Virus record (IMG/VR): IMGVR_UViG_3300035526_000093
Location: 1-28,158 of that record
Direction: 5' to 3' (one strand)
DNA: 28,158 bases
Origin: a virus
Lineage: Duplodnaviria > Caudoviricetes
The position numbers and the translations under genes are program-made. The notes under the pieces were generated by a model. It saw nothing but the letters and a program-made list of their open reading frames with translations. It did no database searches and was not told the DNA's origin. This document shows, piece after piece, positions 1 to 8,552 of the stretch (its first letter is position 1; each line of letters starts with the position of its first letter).

Positions 1-279
1 ATTATATCTTCGTAAAGTTGAATTTATGTTAACTAAAGAACATTTATATTTAATAGAAAGTTCTTTTGTTGATATTTTATTTTCGATATAATCTTTAATT
101 ATATTGATAGAATTTTGAGATACTTGTATTAGTTTTACTTTTTTAATAGCTCTCTCGGCTGTTTTTTTAGAAAAATCATATTTATTGCAAATATAATTTA
201 TATCAATCATATTTTTGTAAGAATCTTTTTTAATTTTTTGTAAGTTATCTTCTGTTAATAGTTTTGCTATTCTTGCCAT
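1..279 (-). CDS. Partial ORF (runs off the window), HTH-like N-terminus, probable homing endonuclease
   Basis: ATG at 279 with GGAG RBS; reads MARIAKLLTEDNLQKIKKDSYKN...ISTKELSIKYNVSLVNINSTLRRYN with no stop to base 1; HTH-like pattern; preceded by the GTTATTAACA motif shared with other endonuclease genes. Not in the ORF track. Confidence 0.6.
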   Translation of the reverse strand, partial: MARIAKLLTEDNLQKIKKDSYKNMIDINYICNKYDFSKKTAERAIKKVKLIQVSQNSINIIKDYIENKISTKELSIKYKCSLVNINSTLRRYN

Positions 280-385
280 TATAAACTCCATATATAATTT
301 AACTATATATGTTAATAACTATTTAACAAAAAAACTTAAAAGATCTTTATTTTTGAATATAAGTATTTGATTTTATTAACTTTTT

Positions 386-634
386 TTAAAAATTAACCAC
401 ATCCATATCAACAAGAAGAAGACCAATTTCATGCTTGAGAAACGGAGCATTATCTTGATTAACGATACGCTTAACATCAGCATTGTGATTAGATATATGC
501 TGAGCTAACTGAGGAATCAATCTGCCACCAGTCCCGCCACATCCAACCACAATAACAGTAGTAGTAGCATAGCTATATGTATTTATATTAGGCACAAAGC
601 CAGATGAAACAACATCTAAAATATTAAAACTCAT
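386..634 (-). CDS. ThiF/E1-like activating enzyme, N-terminal part only (PRTRC-type); probably exon 1 of an interrupted gene
   Basis: VIVVGCGGTGG nucleotide-binding motif and LLVDMDVV; stops just before the expected E-x-x-N-x-x-RQ motif; lies downstream of JAB, E2 and Ubl genes. Confidence 0.8.
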   Translation of the reverse strand: MSFNILDVVSSGFVPNINTYSYATTTVIVVGCGGTGGRLIPQLAQHISNHNADVKRIVNQDNAPFLKHEIGLLLVDMDVVNF

Positions 635-635
635 A

Positions 636-974
636 TTACACCTTCAACTTATTCCATAAATTAGCATATCCACTTCTTGGAATACCAAATCCATTAGGGA
701 TAGAGACATGCTTAAAGCCAACATTTTTATTTTCAACTTTCACAGCCTGATTAAACGCTAAGTTTTTAACAGCTTCTTTATGATCTATATCAAAGTGCTC
801 ATCGCTATCTTCAAAAATGTTATCCATTTCAACATCATAAAACTTACCTAGCGTACCAAATCTAAACTTATGGTCAGGAATTACATTATTAAGCTTACCA
901 ATTACACCAGAATAGCGATCACGATTATCGTCTCTATCATCTACGCCACTAAAGAAAGCATTCATTCCACTTGT
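636..974 (-). CDS. JAB/MPN+ metalloprotease (PRTRC protein A-like), exon 2
   Basis: TSGMNAFFSGVDDRDD supplies the S-x-x-D half of the JAMM motif whose HSH half ends exon 1 (2162..2581); in frame after the predicted terminal G at 975. Confidence 0.8.
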   Translation of the reverse strand, partial: TSGMNAFFSGVDDRDDNRDRYSGVIGKLNNVIPDHKFRFGTLGKFYDVEMDNIFEDSDEHFDIDHKEAVKNLAFNQAVKVENKNVGFKHVSIPNGFGIPRSGYANLWNKLKV

Positions 975-2161
975 CATTACGTTATAAATCATTTTTTAAT
1001 TATTGACTCCTTAATTTTTACGGATATAGTTATTAATACTTATGAGATGAGTAAATCTCACACAAATAAATTGAAGGATTTTAAATGTTAAAATTAGAAC
1101 CATTCAAAAACGAAATATTAGAACTTTATAACTCTGGACATACAGTTAAAGAAATAGCAAGTAGATTTAATTGCTACAATCAACCAGTTTATAACTTGAT
1201 TAAGAAATACTCTAAACTAATAAAGAGAGATCAAAAACCAAAGCAAAACCCTGGAGATACTAAATACTTTAACAATATAGACTCAGACATCAAGGCATAT
1301 ATAGTTGGCTTTATAGCTGCAGATGGAGCAATAGTTAAGAGATCTCATAGAGACGAGCATCAGTTAACAATAACCATACACAGAAAAGACAAGTCTATCC
1401 TTGATAAAATTAAAGATGAGATAGGATGTGAACATTCTATTACTAATATCAATAGGCCATTTTCACATGATCCAACTAAAAGCACAGATCATGTAAGACT
1501 TGTTCAATCAAACAAGCACATTATTAAAGACCTAATCAATTTAGGTATTAAACCTAAAAAATCACTATCTATGCCTAATTTAATTCTAAATATTCCAAAA
1601 CAACACAGAAAATCTTTTATTCTTGGATACTTTGACGGAGATGGCTCTTTTACAATACAAAAATTCCAAGATGGAAAATGTTTACGCAAAAGAGGTTACG
1701 TACAAATAAGAGGAACAAAAGAACTTCTGCTTGGAATTGCAGATGAGCTACAGTTAACATCTTACTCACTATCTAAGAAAGATAAAATATGTAACTTATC
1801 AATTGGTTCAAAGCAAAACATCAAAACTTTTTTTTCAATTTACAGTAATAATAACTTCTATCTTGATCGAAAGTATTCAAAATTTATAGAATACTTTAAT
1901 ATGATAAATTAAGATCAGACTATATCACCATCCTTAGCATTACCTATTAGGATGCTCGGCGCTCGTGTCAGGCTTATTGGTAGATTCCTCACCTGTTAGT
2001 CGTTACACCTTCCTACTTACTTTTATATCATTCAGTAGGCTTGGCACGGGATTAAAGCCATAGTTACTCCTTCCCCGTTAGCATGCGATAAAGCACACAC
2101 CCTCAATGAGGTTCACCGAATTTTCACTTATATATTACTATATAAGGGCACACTTATTTTT
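975..2161 (-). mobile_element. Group I intron in the JAB gene
   Basis: Exon 1 ends ...CACTCGCAT (U) and can pair with GTGTG in a P1 helix with a U.G pair; core elements AATCCCGTGCCAAGC (Q-like), GTAACGACTA (R) and GATATAGTCTGA (S) at about 1915-2060; splicing rebuilds HSH...FFSGVD. The 3' splice site is uncertain by a few nt. Confidence 0.85.
1085..1912 (+). CDS. LAGLIDADG homing endonuclease with N-terminal HTH (intron-encoded, antisense to intron)
   Basis: Two LAGLIDADG motifs: YIVGFIAADG and FILGYFDGDG. Confidence 0.9.
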   Translation: MLKLEPFKNEILELYNSGHTVKEIASRFNCYNQPVYNLIKKYSKLIKRDQKPKQNPGDTKYFNNIDSDIKAYIVGFIAADGAIVKRSHRDEHQLTITIHRKDKSILDKIKDEIGCEHSITNINRPFSHDPTKSTDHVRLVQSNKHIIKDLINLGIKPKKSLSMPNLILNIPKQHRKSFILGYFDGDGSFTIQKFQDGKCLRKRGYVQIRGTKELLLGIADELQLTSYSLSKKDKICNLSIGSKQNIKTFFSIYSNNNFYLDRKYSKFIEYFNMIN

Positions 2162-2581
2162 ATGCGAGTGGATATCCATAAGCACTTTGCATCCAGGAAA
2201 CATATCCCAAACACCTTGCAAATCAAAACTTACACGCGCAGAAGAAAGGCTCTGCTTAGGTACATGAAGAAAGAATTCATCTTCTTTTGGGTTATACATA
2301 ACTAGCACATATGCTTCAGTTTTGTTTTGATTAACCTCTTCAGCATATCTAAAGAACTTAATGGTTTCCCAGAACAGGTTAATAGGAATCTTTCTAGGGA
2401 GAATAGAGATTCTTTCTTTTCCTTCAGGAACACCAGGAATACCATCTACCTTAGTAACAATCCACCCACATGCATTAGGTCTAATAAGAAAAATCCCATT
2501 AGAACAAATTGCATACGTTACAAGCCCAAGGCCAGATTTATCTTCAGGAATTCCATAAACAACATCAAAAAACGGATTCAT
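2162..2581 (-). CDS. JAB/MPN+ metalloprotease (PRTRC protein A-like), exon 1
   Basis: Catalytic Glu region (KTEAYVLV), PKQ, and DIHSH at the exon end. Confidence 0.85.
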
Positions 2582-3297
2582 TAATAGCCCCCAAATGTAT
2601 TTTTTCCAACATCAATATAAAGCTCATCAGGAAAAGTTTCTTTTCCTTCAAGATACTCAAATAGTCCGACATGCGTATCAAAGCCTAGGCTCTTAAATAG
2701 TCGACCTTGAAATAGATGATTATTAAATGGTGCTGCAAATAAACGATCTATATACATAGGAAGCCCCATCAAAGATGTAAATGATCCAGACAGGCTATTA
2801 GATCCCCAGCAAATCCATCCATTATCAGAAATGTTTGGAAATGGAAGAGCATATAGTTTGCTTTTATCATTAAGCAATACAGCATTTTCTTTTACTGCAA
2901 ATAAACGTGTATCAGAAATGGTATATGTACCATTATTAACCCTAAGGATAAATTTCATTACAAGATTTGGTCTAACAGAATCAAACTTTTTGTCGCCGAC
3001 AGTAGCAACAAATTTAGATTCAGGACTAAACAAAATAATTTCAGTATTAGTACCTTTTTCAATATAACGAATCGTACCAATAGGAAGAATAGGGGTTTTC
3101 ATCCCAACATTCTGATCTTTAAAGACTTTTAATAAAGATTCAATAGAAACCGTTTTTTTAGATTTAACACCAGTTTCAAAAATATCCAAAGTATTATTAT
3201 TTCTTACAGGAGAAACAGGAGATGTAACAATTGCATAGTCTCCAAATAACTCGATATTCAAACTTTCACTTTGTTTCTTTTCTACTTTTTCACTCAT
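2581..3297 (-). CDS. Prokaryotic E2-like protein (Prok-E2 family D / PRTRC protein B-like)
   Basis: LYALPFPNISDNGWICWG motif with the candidate catalytic Cys; located between Ubl and JAB/E1 genes. Confidence 0.8.
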   Translation of the reverse strand: MSEKVEKKQSESLNIELFGDYAIVTSPVSPVRNNNTLDIFETGVKSKKTVSIESLLKVFKDQNVGMKTPILPIGTIRYIEKGTNTEIILFSPESKFVATVGDKKFDSVRPNLVMKFILRVNNGTYTISDTRLFAVKENAVLLNDKSKLYALPFPNISDNGWICWGSNSLSGSFTSLMGLPMYIDRLFAAPFNNHLFQGRLFKSLGFDTHVGLFEYLEGKETFPDELYIDVGKNTFGGY

Positions 3298-4325
3298 ACA
3301 TTAATCTCCCGAATAGAAGCACAAAATCTTCTAACTTTAGCACTAAGATTGCGGACAATACCGGCCGTACTTTCATTTTTTCTAAAAGAACCCCATCCAG
3401 TAAATAATTCAGCAAGATGCTTTATGTCACTAAAAGAACAGTCAGGAACTGCATCAGACATAAATCTATTCATCTTATCAGGATTATCTTTACAATAGGT
3501 ATATAGAAGCTCTAATGAACTATACATATCACGAAAATCACAACCAATTATTCTATTTTCTTGCTCAGAAGGATCCGTTGTATCTTCAGGTATTGCACAC
3601 AAGTCATTTATTGACCCAGTTTTACCTTTAAGAAAGCGCATCAAATTTGAAAATGTTATAGAAAAATCATCCTTTGGAACAACTCTTCCATCATCATCCA
3701 CTATAAATTTATCAATATATTTTTCAAAATAATCGAAAATTACACCAAGATAAAAATCAATATTAGCAATAAATTTTATTTCATTCGATATCTTTTCAAA
3801 GATATATCCTTCATTCAAAACCTTATGCTTTACTTCAGGATCTTCTTCTTCATCTTGTAAGATAGTATCTCTTTCTTTTAGAAATTCATTTATTTCATGA
3901 ACAAATGAAGTGGACACACAAAGCCCAAGACCACCTGCAGCCTTTGGAGATATGTTTATAAAATTAGAGCTAATAGCACCCATATCTTCTAGTATAGCAG
4001 TAAGCTCGCCATAAAAGAACAAAGCAAATATATCAATAAAGCCATTGGCATATAAATACTTTTTAATATTAAAATCTAGATAAACATTCCCATAATTAAT
4101 AAATAAACGTTCTACGCAATTAGAAAGAAACGAATTCCTATCATTTAGTATATGCTTTAGTCTTGTTTTAACATAAAATGCAAGCTTTTTCTCTAAGTGT
4201 CTACCATTATATACAGATGTAAAAGAAGAAGACTTAATAACCTTGTTTTTATATAACTCAGAGATTATATATGCATATGATAACTTGCCCAAATAATCTC
4301 TTGCTCTATAATCATTAATAATCAC
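3294..4325 (-). CDS. Hypothetical protein in the Ubl operon
   Basis: 343 aa ORF with 4-bp overlaps to both neighbours. Confidence 0.7.
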   Translation of the reverse strand: MIINDYRARDYLGKLSYAYIISELYKNKVIKSSSFTSVYNGRHLEKKLAFYVKTRLKHILNDRNSFLSNCVERLFINYGNVYLDFNIKKYLYANGFIDIFALFFYGELTAILEDMGAISSNFINISPKAAGGLGLCVSTSFVHEINEFLKERDTILQDEEEDPEVKHKVLNEGYIFEKISNEIKFIANIDFYLGVIFDYFEKYIDKFIVDDDGRVVPKDDFSITFSNLMRFLKGKTGSINDLCAIPEDTTDPSEQENRIIGCDFRDMYSSLELLYTYCKDNPDKMNRFMSDAVPDCSFSDIKHLAELFTGWGSFRKNESTAGIVRNLSAKVRRFCASIREINV

Positions 4326-4678
4326 TCTACAAGCTCCTGATATGGAATTACTCCACGTTTTAGATAATAATCAAAATCGATATCACTATGAGACTTTTGC
4401 AATAGACGGCGTATACTATAAAATGTATTATATTTACCGCGTGCTTTTTCTACCAAAAGAAAAGATTTTTTAAGTCTAGACTCAAGATCATCAACTAAGG
4501 ACAATCTTTTAATTGTAGTACATTTATCTAAATCTTTGAGTAAATCTTCCAGAATATCTGTACTTAAAACCTCGACTTCTTCCACTTCTTCAAGATCAAG
4601 TATTGCCTCAAAAAGAGATAAAGGTTTAGCTTCTTCAGGAGCATCATTATCGTTTATTATTTCATTTTCAATTTCCAT
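4322..4678 (-). CDS. Hypothetical protein with acidic N-terminus, in the Ubl operon
   Basis: 118 aa; GGAG RBS; overlaps next gene. Confidence 0.7.
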   Translation of the reverse strand: MEIENEIINDNDAPEEAKPLSLFEAILDLEEVEEVEVLSTDILEDLLKDLDKCTTIKRLSLVDDLESRLKKSFLLVEKARGKYNTFYSIRRLLQKSHSDIDFDYYLKRGVIPYQELVE

Positions 4679-4691
4679 AATTACTCCAGAT

Positions 4692-4716
4692 AAAAATAGG
4701 GGAGATTTCTCTCCCC
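4692..4716 (-). terminator. Rho-independent terminator after the Ubl gene
   Basis: GGGGAGA-GAAA-TCTCCCC followed by TATTTTT on the minus strand. Confidence 0.75.
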
Positions 4717-4735
4717 GTAATTTATTTAATTTTAA

Positions 4736-4948
4736 TTACGCAATTGCGCCTTTGGTACCAAGGCGTTCTGCAAAAGTGATATATTTTACACCATCTTCAA
4801 TGCGAACAGTAGCAGCACAATTAGCAATAACCGGGAAGACACCTGCGAACATTTCAACGATAGTTTCCTGATCGTAGTCACCTTTAACAGTACTTACCTG
4901 GTCAGTATTAGCGATTTCAACAACAGTTTCATAAATTTCAGTAGCCAT
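4736..4948 (-). CDS. Prokaryotic ubiquitin-like protein (PRTRC protein C-like)
   Basis: 70 aa; FP-x-x-AN motif and C-terminal F-x-x-R-x-GTKG as in PRTRC-C, plus a 3-residue tail (AIA). Confidence 0.75.
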   Translation of the reverse strand: MATEIYETVVEIANTDQVSTVKGDYDQETIVEMFAGVFPVIANCAATVRIEDGVKYITFAERLGTKGAIA

Positions 4949-5018
4949 GATAATTTCCTTTTGTTTTTGTTTGTTAGATTAGTTTAAAGTTTTGCCAAAA
5001 TGGCATGTTAAAAATTGT

Positions 5019-5987
5019 TTATTCGTACTCATCAAAATTTGGACTTGTAGTTCCATTTACAAAATATTCATAAATATGTGAATCATTTTGTACCATTCCA
5101 ATTGTCCCAATAGCTAGCAGTAACCAATTCCTAGGATCCATCTCATATCCTCTTTTGATATATTTCTGCACCCTTGGAAAATGACTCAGTTTATTAGGGA
5201 CATTTATAAATCTGAGTTTTTTATCTCTAAGATCGTGAATAGCACCTTTGGTCCATATTATATTCAGACCATCATATGCCATTGTAGAAATTGTCAAGTC
5301 AAATTCACTCAGTAACTCTTCAACAGAATTAATTATTTTTCTCATACATTGTATGGTTAGGCGAGAGCTTATATTAATAAACTCAGTCAGATGTGGCTTT
5401 TCATTAACAATCCACATGCCTTTATTTTTTCGCAAATGAGATACAACTTTTTTTCTTTCTTTTTCATTTGCAAAGTACAGATCATAATCTCTTTCAATGT
5501 CTTCTTCACCCAGACACCAGCTTCCTACTTTTCCTCCAGCAAGGATAAATTTAAGCCCCTTAGAGTACAAGTCATCAACAAAATCTAGACTATTATTTTT
5601 CTTTACCTTGAACCTACGTTCAAATTTCTTTCTATCAGCACAATAGAACTTGTTATCAGTAATTAAGACTCTAGATATAAATGGACCAAACTTTTTAAAT
5701 AAATAGTCAGAATTCTCCATTGATGAACCATAAAATAAGTCTTTTTCAAAGTCACTAGCAGTAATAGCAGTAGTAGTCCAGTTGTTTATAAAAGTATCCA
5801 TTGTAAGATTATTAGTTACAAGATTAGTTCCTAGAGCAGTTACTGTTCCGGCAGTAGCAAGCTGCTCAGTTTGATAAGCTAATGTGTTGTTTTCAGCAAA
5901 CTGAGTAAATTCTTCTACGACATTAGGATCTGTCTGTTCTTCACCTTCATCTCGGACAAAATATATTTCATCATCCATTAATAGCAC
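5019..5987 (-). CDS. Nucleotidyltransferase (Pol beta superfamily, CCA/poly(A) polymerase head-like)
   Basis: LAGG...RDYDLYF, FDLTISTMAYD and R-x-x-KY-x-x-RGY motifs; start overlaps the RT 3' end. Confidence 0.75.
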   Translation of the reverse strand: MLLMDDEIYFVRDEGEEQTDPNVVEEFTQFAENNTLAYQTEQLATAGTVTALGTNLVTNNLTMDTFINNWTTTAITASDFEKDLFYGSSMENSDYLFKKFGPFISRVLITDNKFYCADRKKFERRFKVKKNNSLDFVDDLYSKGLKFILAGGKVGSWCLGEEDIERDYDLYFANEKERKKVVSHLRKNKGMWIVNEKPHLTEFINISSRLTIQCMRKIINSVEELLSEFDLTISTMAYDGLNIIWTKGAIHDLRDKKLRFINVPNKLSHFPRVQKYIKRGYEMDPRNWLLLAIGTIGMVQNDSHIYEYFVNGTTSPNFDEYE

Positions 5988-6714
5988 CTATTAGTTTATC
6001 TTTTTGGAAAGAGTTAATACCATTAACATAACTAAGTAGACCAAGCTCTTTATCGCCAAGATTATTCTGATGTATAGCAGCTCTTATTTTAAGCCTAGTT
6101 TCCTTACATACAGAAGGAACAGAATTTACATTTATTCCAAGAACACGTTGCCTTCCACTTTTAGGCATAAACTTAATTTTCTTCTCATTGATAGCAAGAT
6201 TTATCTTATTCAATCTTACCTTAATCATGTTTATAATAAATCTTTTATCAAGATAATCATATCCTGAAAGAATAATATCATCAGCATATCTAGAATAATC
6301 TATATTAAACTCAGATAGCCTATTAAATACATCCTCATCAAACTCTCTCATATAAACATTAGCGATAGCAGGACTACAAGGAGAACCTTGCACAAGTCTT
6401 CCGTTATATCCAACGAATATCTGTTCTTCCTCACTCAAAAATCCTAAATCAGATACTTTTATAGAAGGAAAGAAGTTTTTAACATCAATAGTAAGAACCC
6501 AATCTTTATCAGAATGAACCCTTGCACAATCTACAGCAGATCTGTCTTTAACAAATCCATAATTAGCACTAGATATCCACTCATCTAGCTCTAATCGTTT
6601 TTTAATAGCATGTTGGACTTTCTTGAGGTCAGCTGATGGAGAGAAGATTTTTCTCTTCCCTCCACTCGGCTTCTTTACCCAAAAAATACGATAGGACATG
6701 TCTTTATTTTCCAT
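5971..6714 (-). CDS. Retron-type reverse transcriptase (compact, 247 aa)
   Basis: KPSGGKRKIFSP, DVKNFFPSI, QGSPCSP, YADD; retron region X variant CARVH (NAxxH) and region Y variant VLG (VTG). Confidence 0.9.
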   Translation of the reverse strand: MENKDMSYRIFWVKKPSGGKRKIFSPSADLKKVQHAIKKRLELDEWISSANYGFVKDRSAVDCARVHSDKDWVLTIDVKNFFPSIKVSDLGFLSEEEQIFVGYNGRLVQGSPCSPAIANVYMREFDEDVFNRLSEFNIDYSRYADDIILSGYDYLDKRFIINMIKVRLNKINLAINEKKIKFMPKSGRQRVLGINVNSVPSVCKETRLKIRAAIHQNNLGDKELGLLSYVNGINSFQKDKLIGAING

Positions 6715-6748
6715 AACATTTCCCCAAAAAAAAATTAAAAAATTGTAT

Positions 6749-6771
6749 AAAAAGCATACCTTTGTATGCTT
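6749..6771 (-). terminator. Hairpin with U-run between the ncRNA and the RT gene
   Basis: AAGCATAC-AAAG-GTATGCTT-TTT on the minus strand. Confidence 0.45.
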
Positions 6772-7034
6772 AAGATACTCAATACCGGTAAAAGGGTACG
6801 ACGCGTTTTAGCTCAGCTCGAGCTAAACACGCGGTGGGCCCGGCCGGATCCCAGCGTGCACAAAGCGCAGCTGCAGTCACGTGGGGGCGGCGCAAGACTG
6901 GGCGGATATTTTTGGGGACCAAAAATCAGCATCCGCACAGTTTTGCATTTACCAGGTATTTAATCAATAGAAAAACTGAACTTGTAACGTAGTGTAAAGT
7001 CAGAGTTTATCTATTGATTAGGTCCGATCTTAGC
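6768..7034 (-). ncRNA. Putative retron ncRNA (msr-msd)
   Basis: Non-coding, highly structured region directly upstream of the RT; terminal inverted repeat GCTTAAGAT (6768-6776) / ATCTTAGC (7027-7034); hairpin 6961-7020; long stem 6781-6792/6948-6960 enclosing hairpins 6802-6833 and 6892-6946. Confidence 0.7.
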
Positions 7035-7049
7035 AAGACAGAAACTGTC

Positions 7050-7544
7050 TTACAGCTTTTCTGTTAGAGTGTCATTTGTGATCAGCAAAACTTTATAACA
7101 ATCACCAACTTCCTCTAACCGTGGTTCACATAGCTCCAATTGCATTCTTCTAACAACATCAATCGGAACCTTACGATCCCGATTTTGTTGATTTAGCATG
7201 CTTTTCGCTACAGAGCATGGGCAATAGAAAATAATAATTTCAGTTTCCTTCATCTTATTGCATTCTCTAATTGTCTTATATATTTTCTGCCTATCTTTCA
7301 GCTTTATAGATGTGTTATCAAGAATAATATCATCATCATTTAATAAGGCTTCTGTAAACCTTTTATATACAAGTGTCCACACTCTTTTATTTGCAGTTTG
7401 GTTTCCAGCATCTCCAGTTAGCTCTTCTCTAATAGCATCAGCACTGATATAAGTTGCTGAAATGCCCATTTTATCTGCAAACTTTTTTACCATCGTTGTT
7501 TTACCACTACCTGGTATCCCAACAGTAATAATTACTCTAGCCAT
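7050..7544 (-). CDS. P-loop kinase, polynucleotide kinase-like (AAA_33)
   Basis: GIPGSGKT Walker A, ISADAIR, ILDNT, R-x-R-x-VP lid. Confidence 0.85.
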   Translation of the reverse strand: MARVIITVGIPGSGKTTMVKKFADKMGISATYISADAIREELTGDAGNQTANKRVWTLVYKRFTEALLNDDDIILDNTSIKLKDRQKIYKTIRECNKMKETEIIIFYCPCSVAKSMLNQQNRDRKVPIDVVRRMQLELCEPRLEEVGDCYKVLLITNDTLTEKL

Positions 7545-8227
7545 GACTTTCCCATAAGTAGAGAGAAATCTTCGTGTGAATCTAAAAAGATAGACTCATC
7601 GTCCCTGATAAACTTTCCATCTTCAAGGTATATAGTACATCCATTTTTCCATCTATCTTCTAGATTAGTCCAGTTAACACCTTTCGAATGTAGCATTTCA
7701 TGCATATCAGCACGTTTCTTACCATGTAACTCTTTATCGCTAAAGTGAGCCCGAGATAGCATTTGTAGGCTATTTCTTTCCCAATCTTTTTGACGCCAGA
7801 TAAAGTAATTACATACTTCATCCTCAGGTATATTAAATACCCTTGCATCAAACATAGCAAGCCTTTCATATTCATAATAACTATTAAATGCAGCAGTAGC
7901 AATACTAGCACTTACTGAGCACATCTTTTGCACATTATATTTAAACCAAGCATCGGTATGAATGGTATCAAAGTCTGTTACTAGGATAGAAATCTCATCA
8001 GATTGTGTATACCCCAACTTTGCGCCTTGAATATTATTCAATAAATATTCCATCGTATATACCATTGCACCATTTAGATACTTATCAAACGGCTTAATAC
8101 AATGTTTAGTAAAAGTATGAAAAGCTTTTCCATCTATTCTAATGATAGCAGGAGTCCTACGAGTCAGAAAGTTTCTACTAACCGACTCATAGCACTTCAT
8201 TCTATCGCCTAATGAATCTTTTTTCAT
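7532..8227 (-). CDS. thg1: tRNA(His) guanylyltransferase Thg1-like protein
   Basis: RIDGKAFHTFT, GYTQSDEIS, FDAR, YFIWRQ-x-D motifs. Confidence 0.92.
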   Translation of the reverse strand: MKKDSLGDRMKCYESVSRNFLTRRTPAIIRIDGKAFHTFTKHCIKPFDKYLNGAMVYTMEYLLNNIQGAKLGYTQSDEISILVTDFDTIHTDAWFKYNVQKMCSVSASIATAAFNSYYEYERLAMFDARVFNIPEDEVCNYFIWRQKDWERNSLQMLSRAHFSDKELHGKKRADMHEMLHSKGVNWTNLEDRWKNGCTIYLEDGKFIRDDESIFLDSHEDFSLLMGKSWLE

Positions 8228-8552
8228 AATAAAATCCTATAAATAGAAGCTTGCCAAGATGAGTCATATCCGCCACCCCAAGGATCTCGTAATGAATCAT
8301 GAGGGGCTAAATGTGATGGCTTTGAAACAACACCTTCTAGATTAAGCTTATGCAGTGCATGTTTTACTAAATGTGTTTTCACACGCAAGTATTCTGCAAC
8401 TTCTTCTGCAGTAATTCTTGCATCCCAATGACCAGTATTATTTGGTCTTTTAACAAGACCATTTATAACTTTATCAATGAAATCTTTAGTTCCATCATAT
8501 ACTTGCTTTTTAGATCGTTTCTTAATCCCAATAGGTTTAAGTTTATTTCCAT
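8224..8552 (-). CDS. Unlisted winged-HTH-like ORF with no canonical in-frame start (possible frameshift)
   Basis: Open frame ...ITAEEVAEYLRVKTHLVKHALHKLNLEGVV...; its TGA overlaps the Thg1 ATG (ATGA). Confidence 0.5.

Noticed and set aside
6781-6900. Cloning-vector polylinker contamination
   Set aside because: Site order does not match the pUC or pBluescript linkers as I recall them, and the array is embedded in imperfect stems pairing with flanking sequence; not excluded without a vector screen and read check
6766-6963. 65-aa + strand ORF over the ncRNA
   Set aside because: Antisense to the operon, no recognisable motif; explained by high GC reducing stop codons
5971-7034. Diversity-generating retroelement or group II intron
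   Set aside because: No TR/VR repeat pair seen, no maturase domain; the RT has retron-type motifs and YADD
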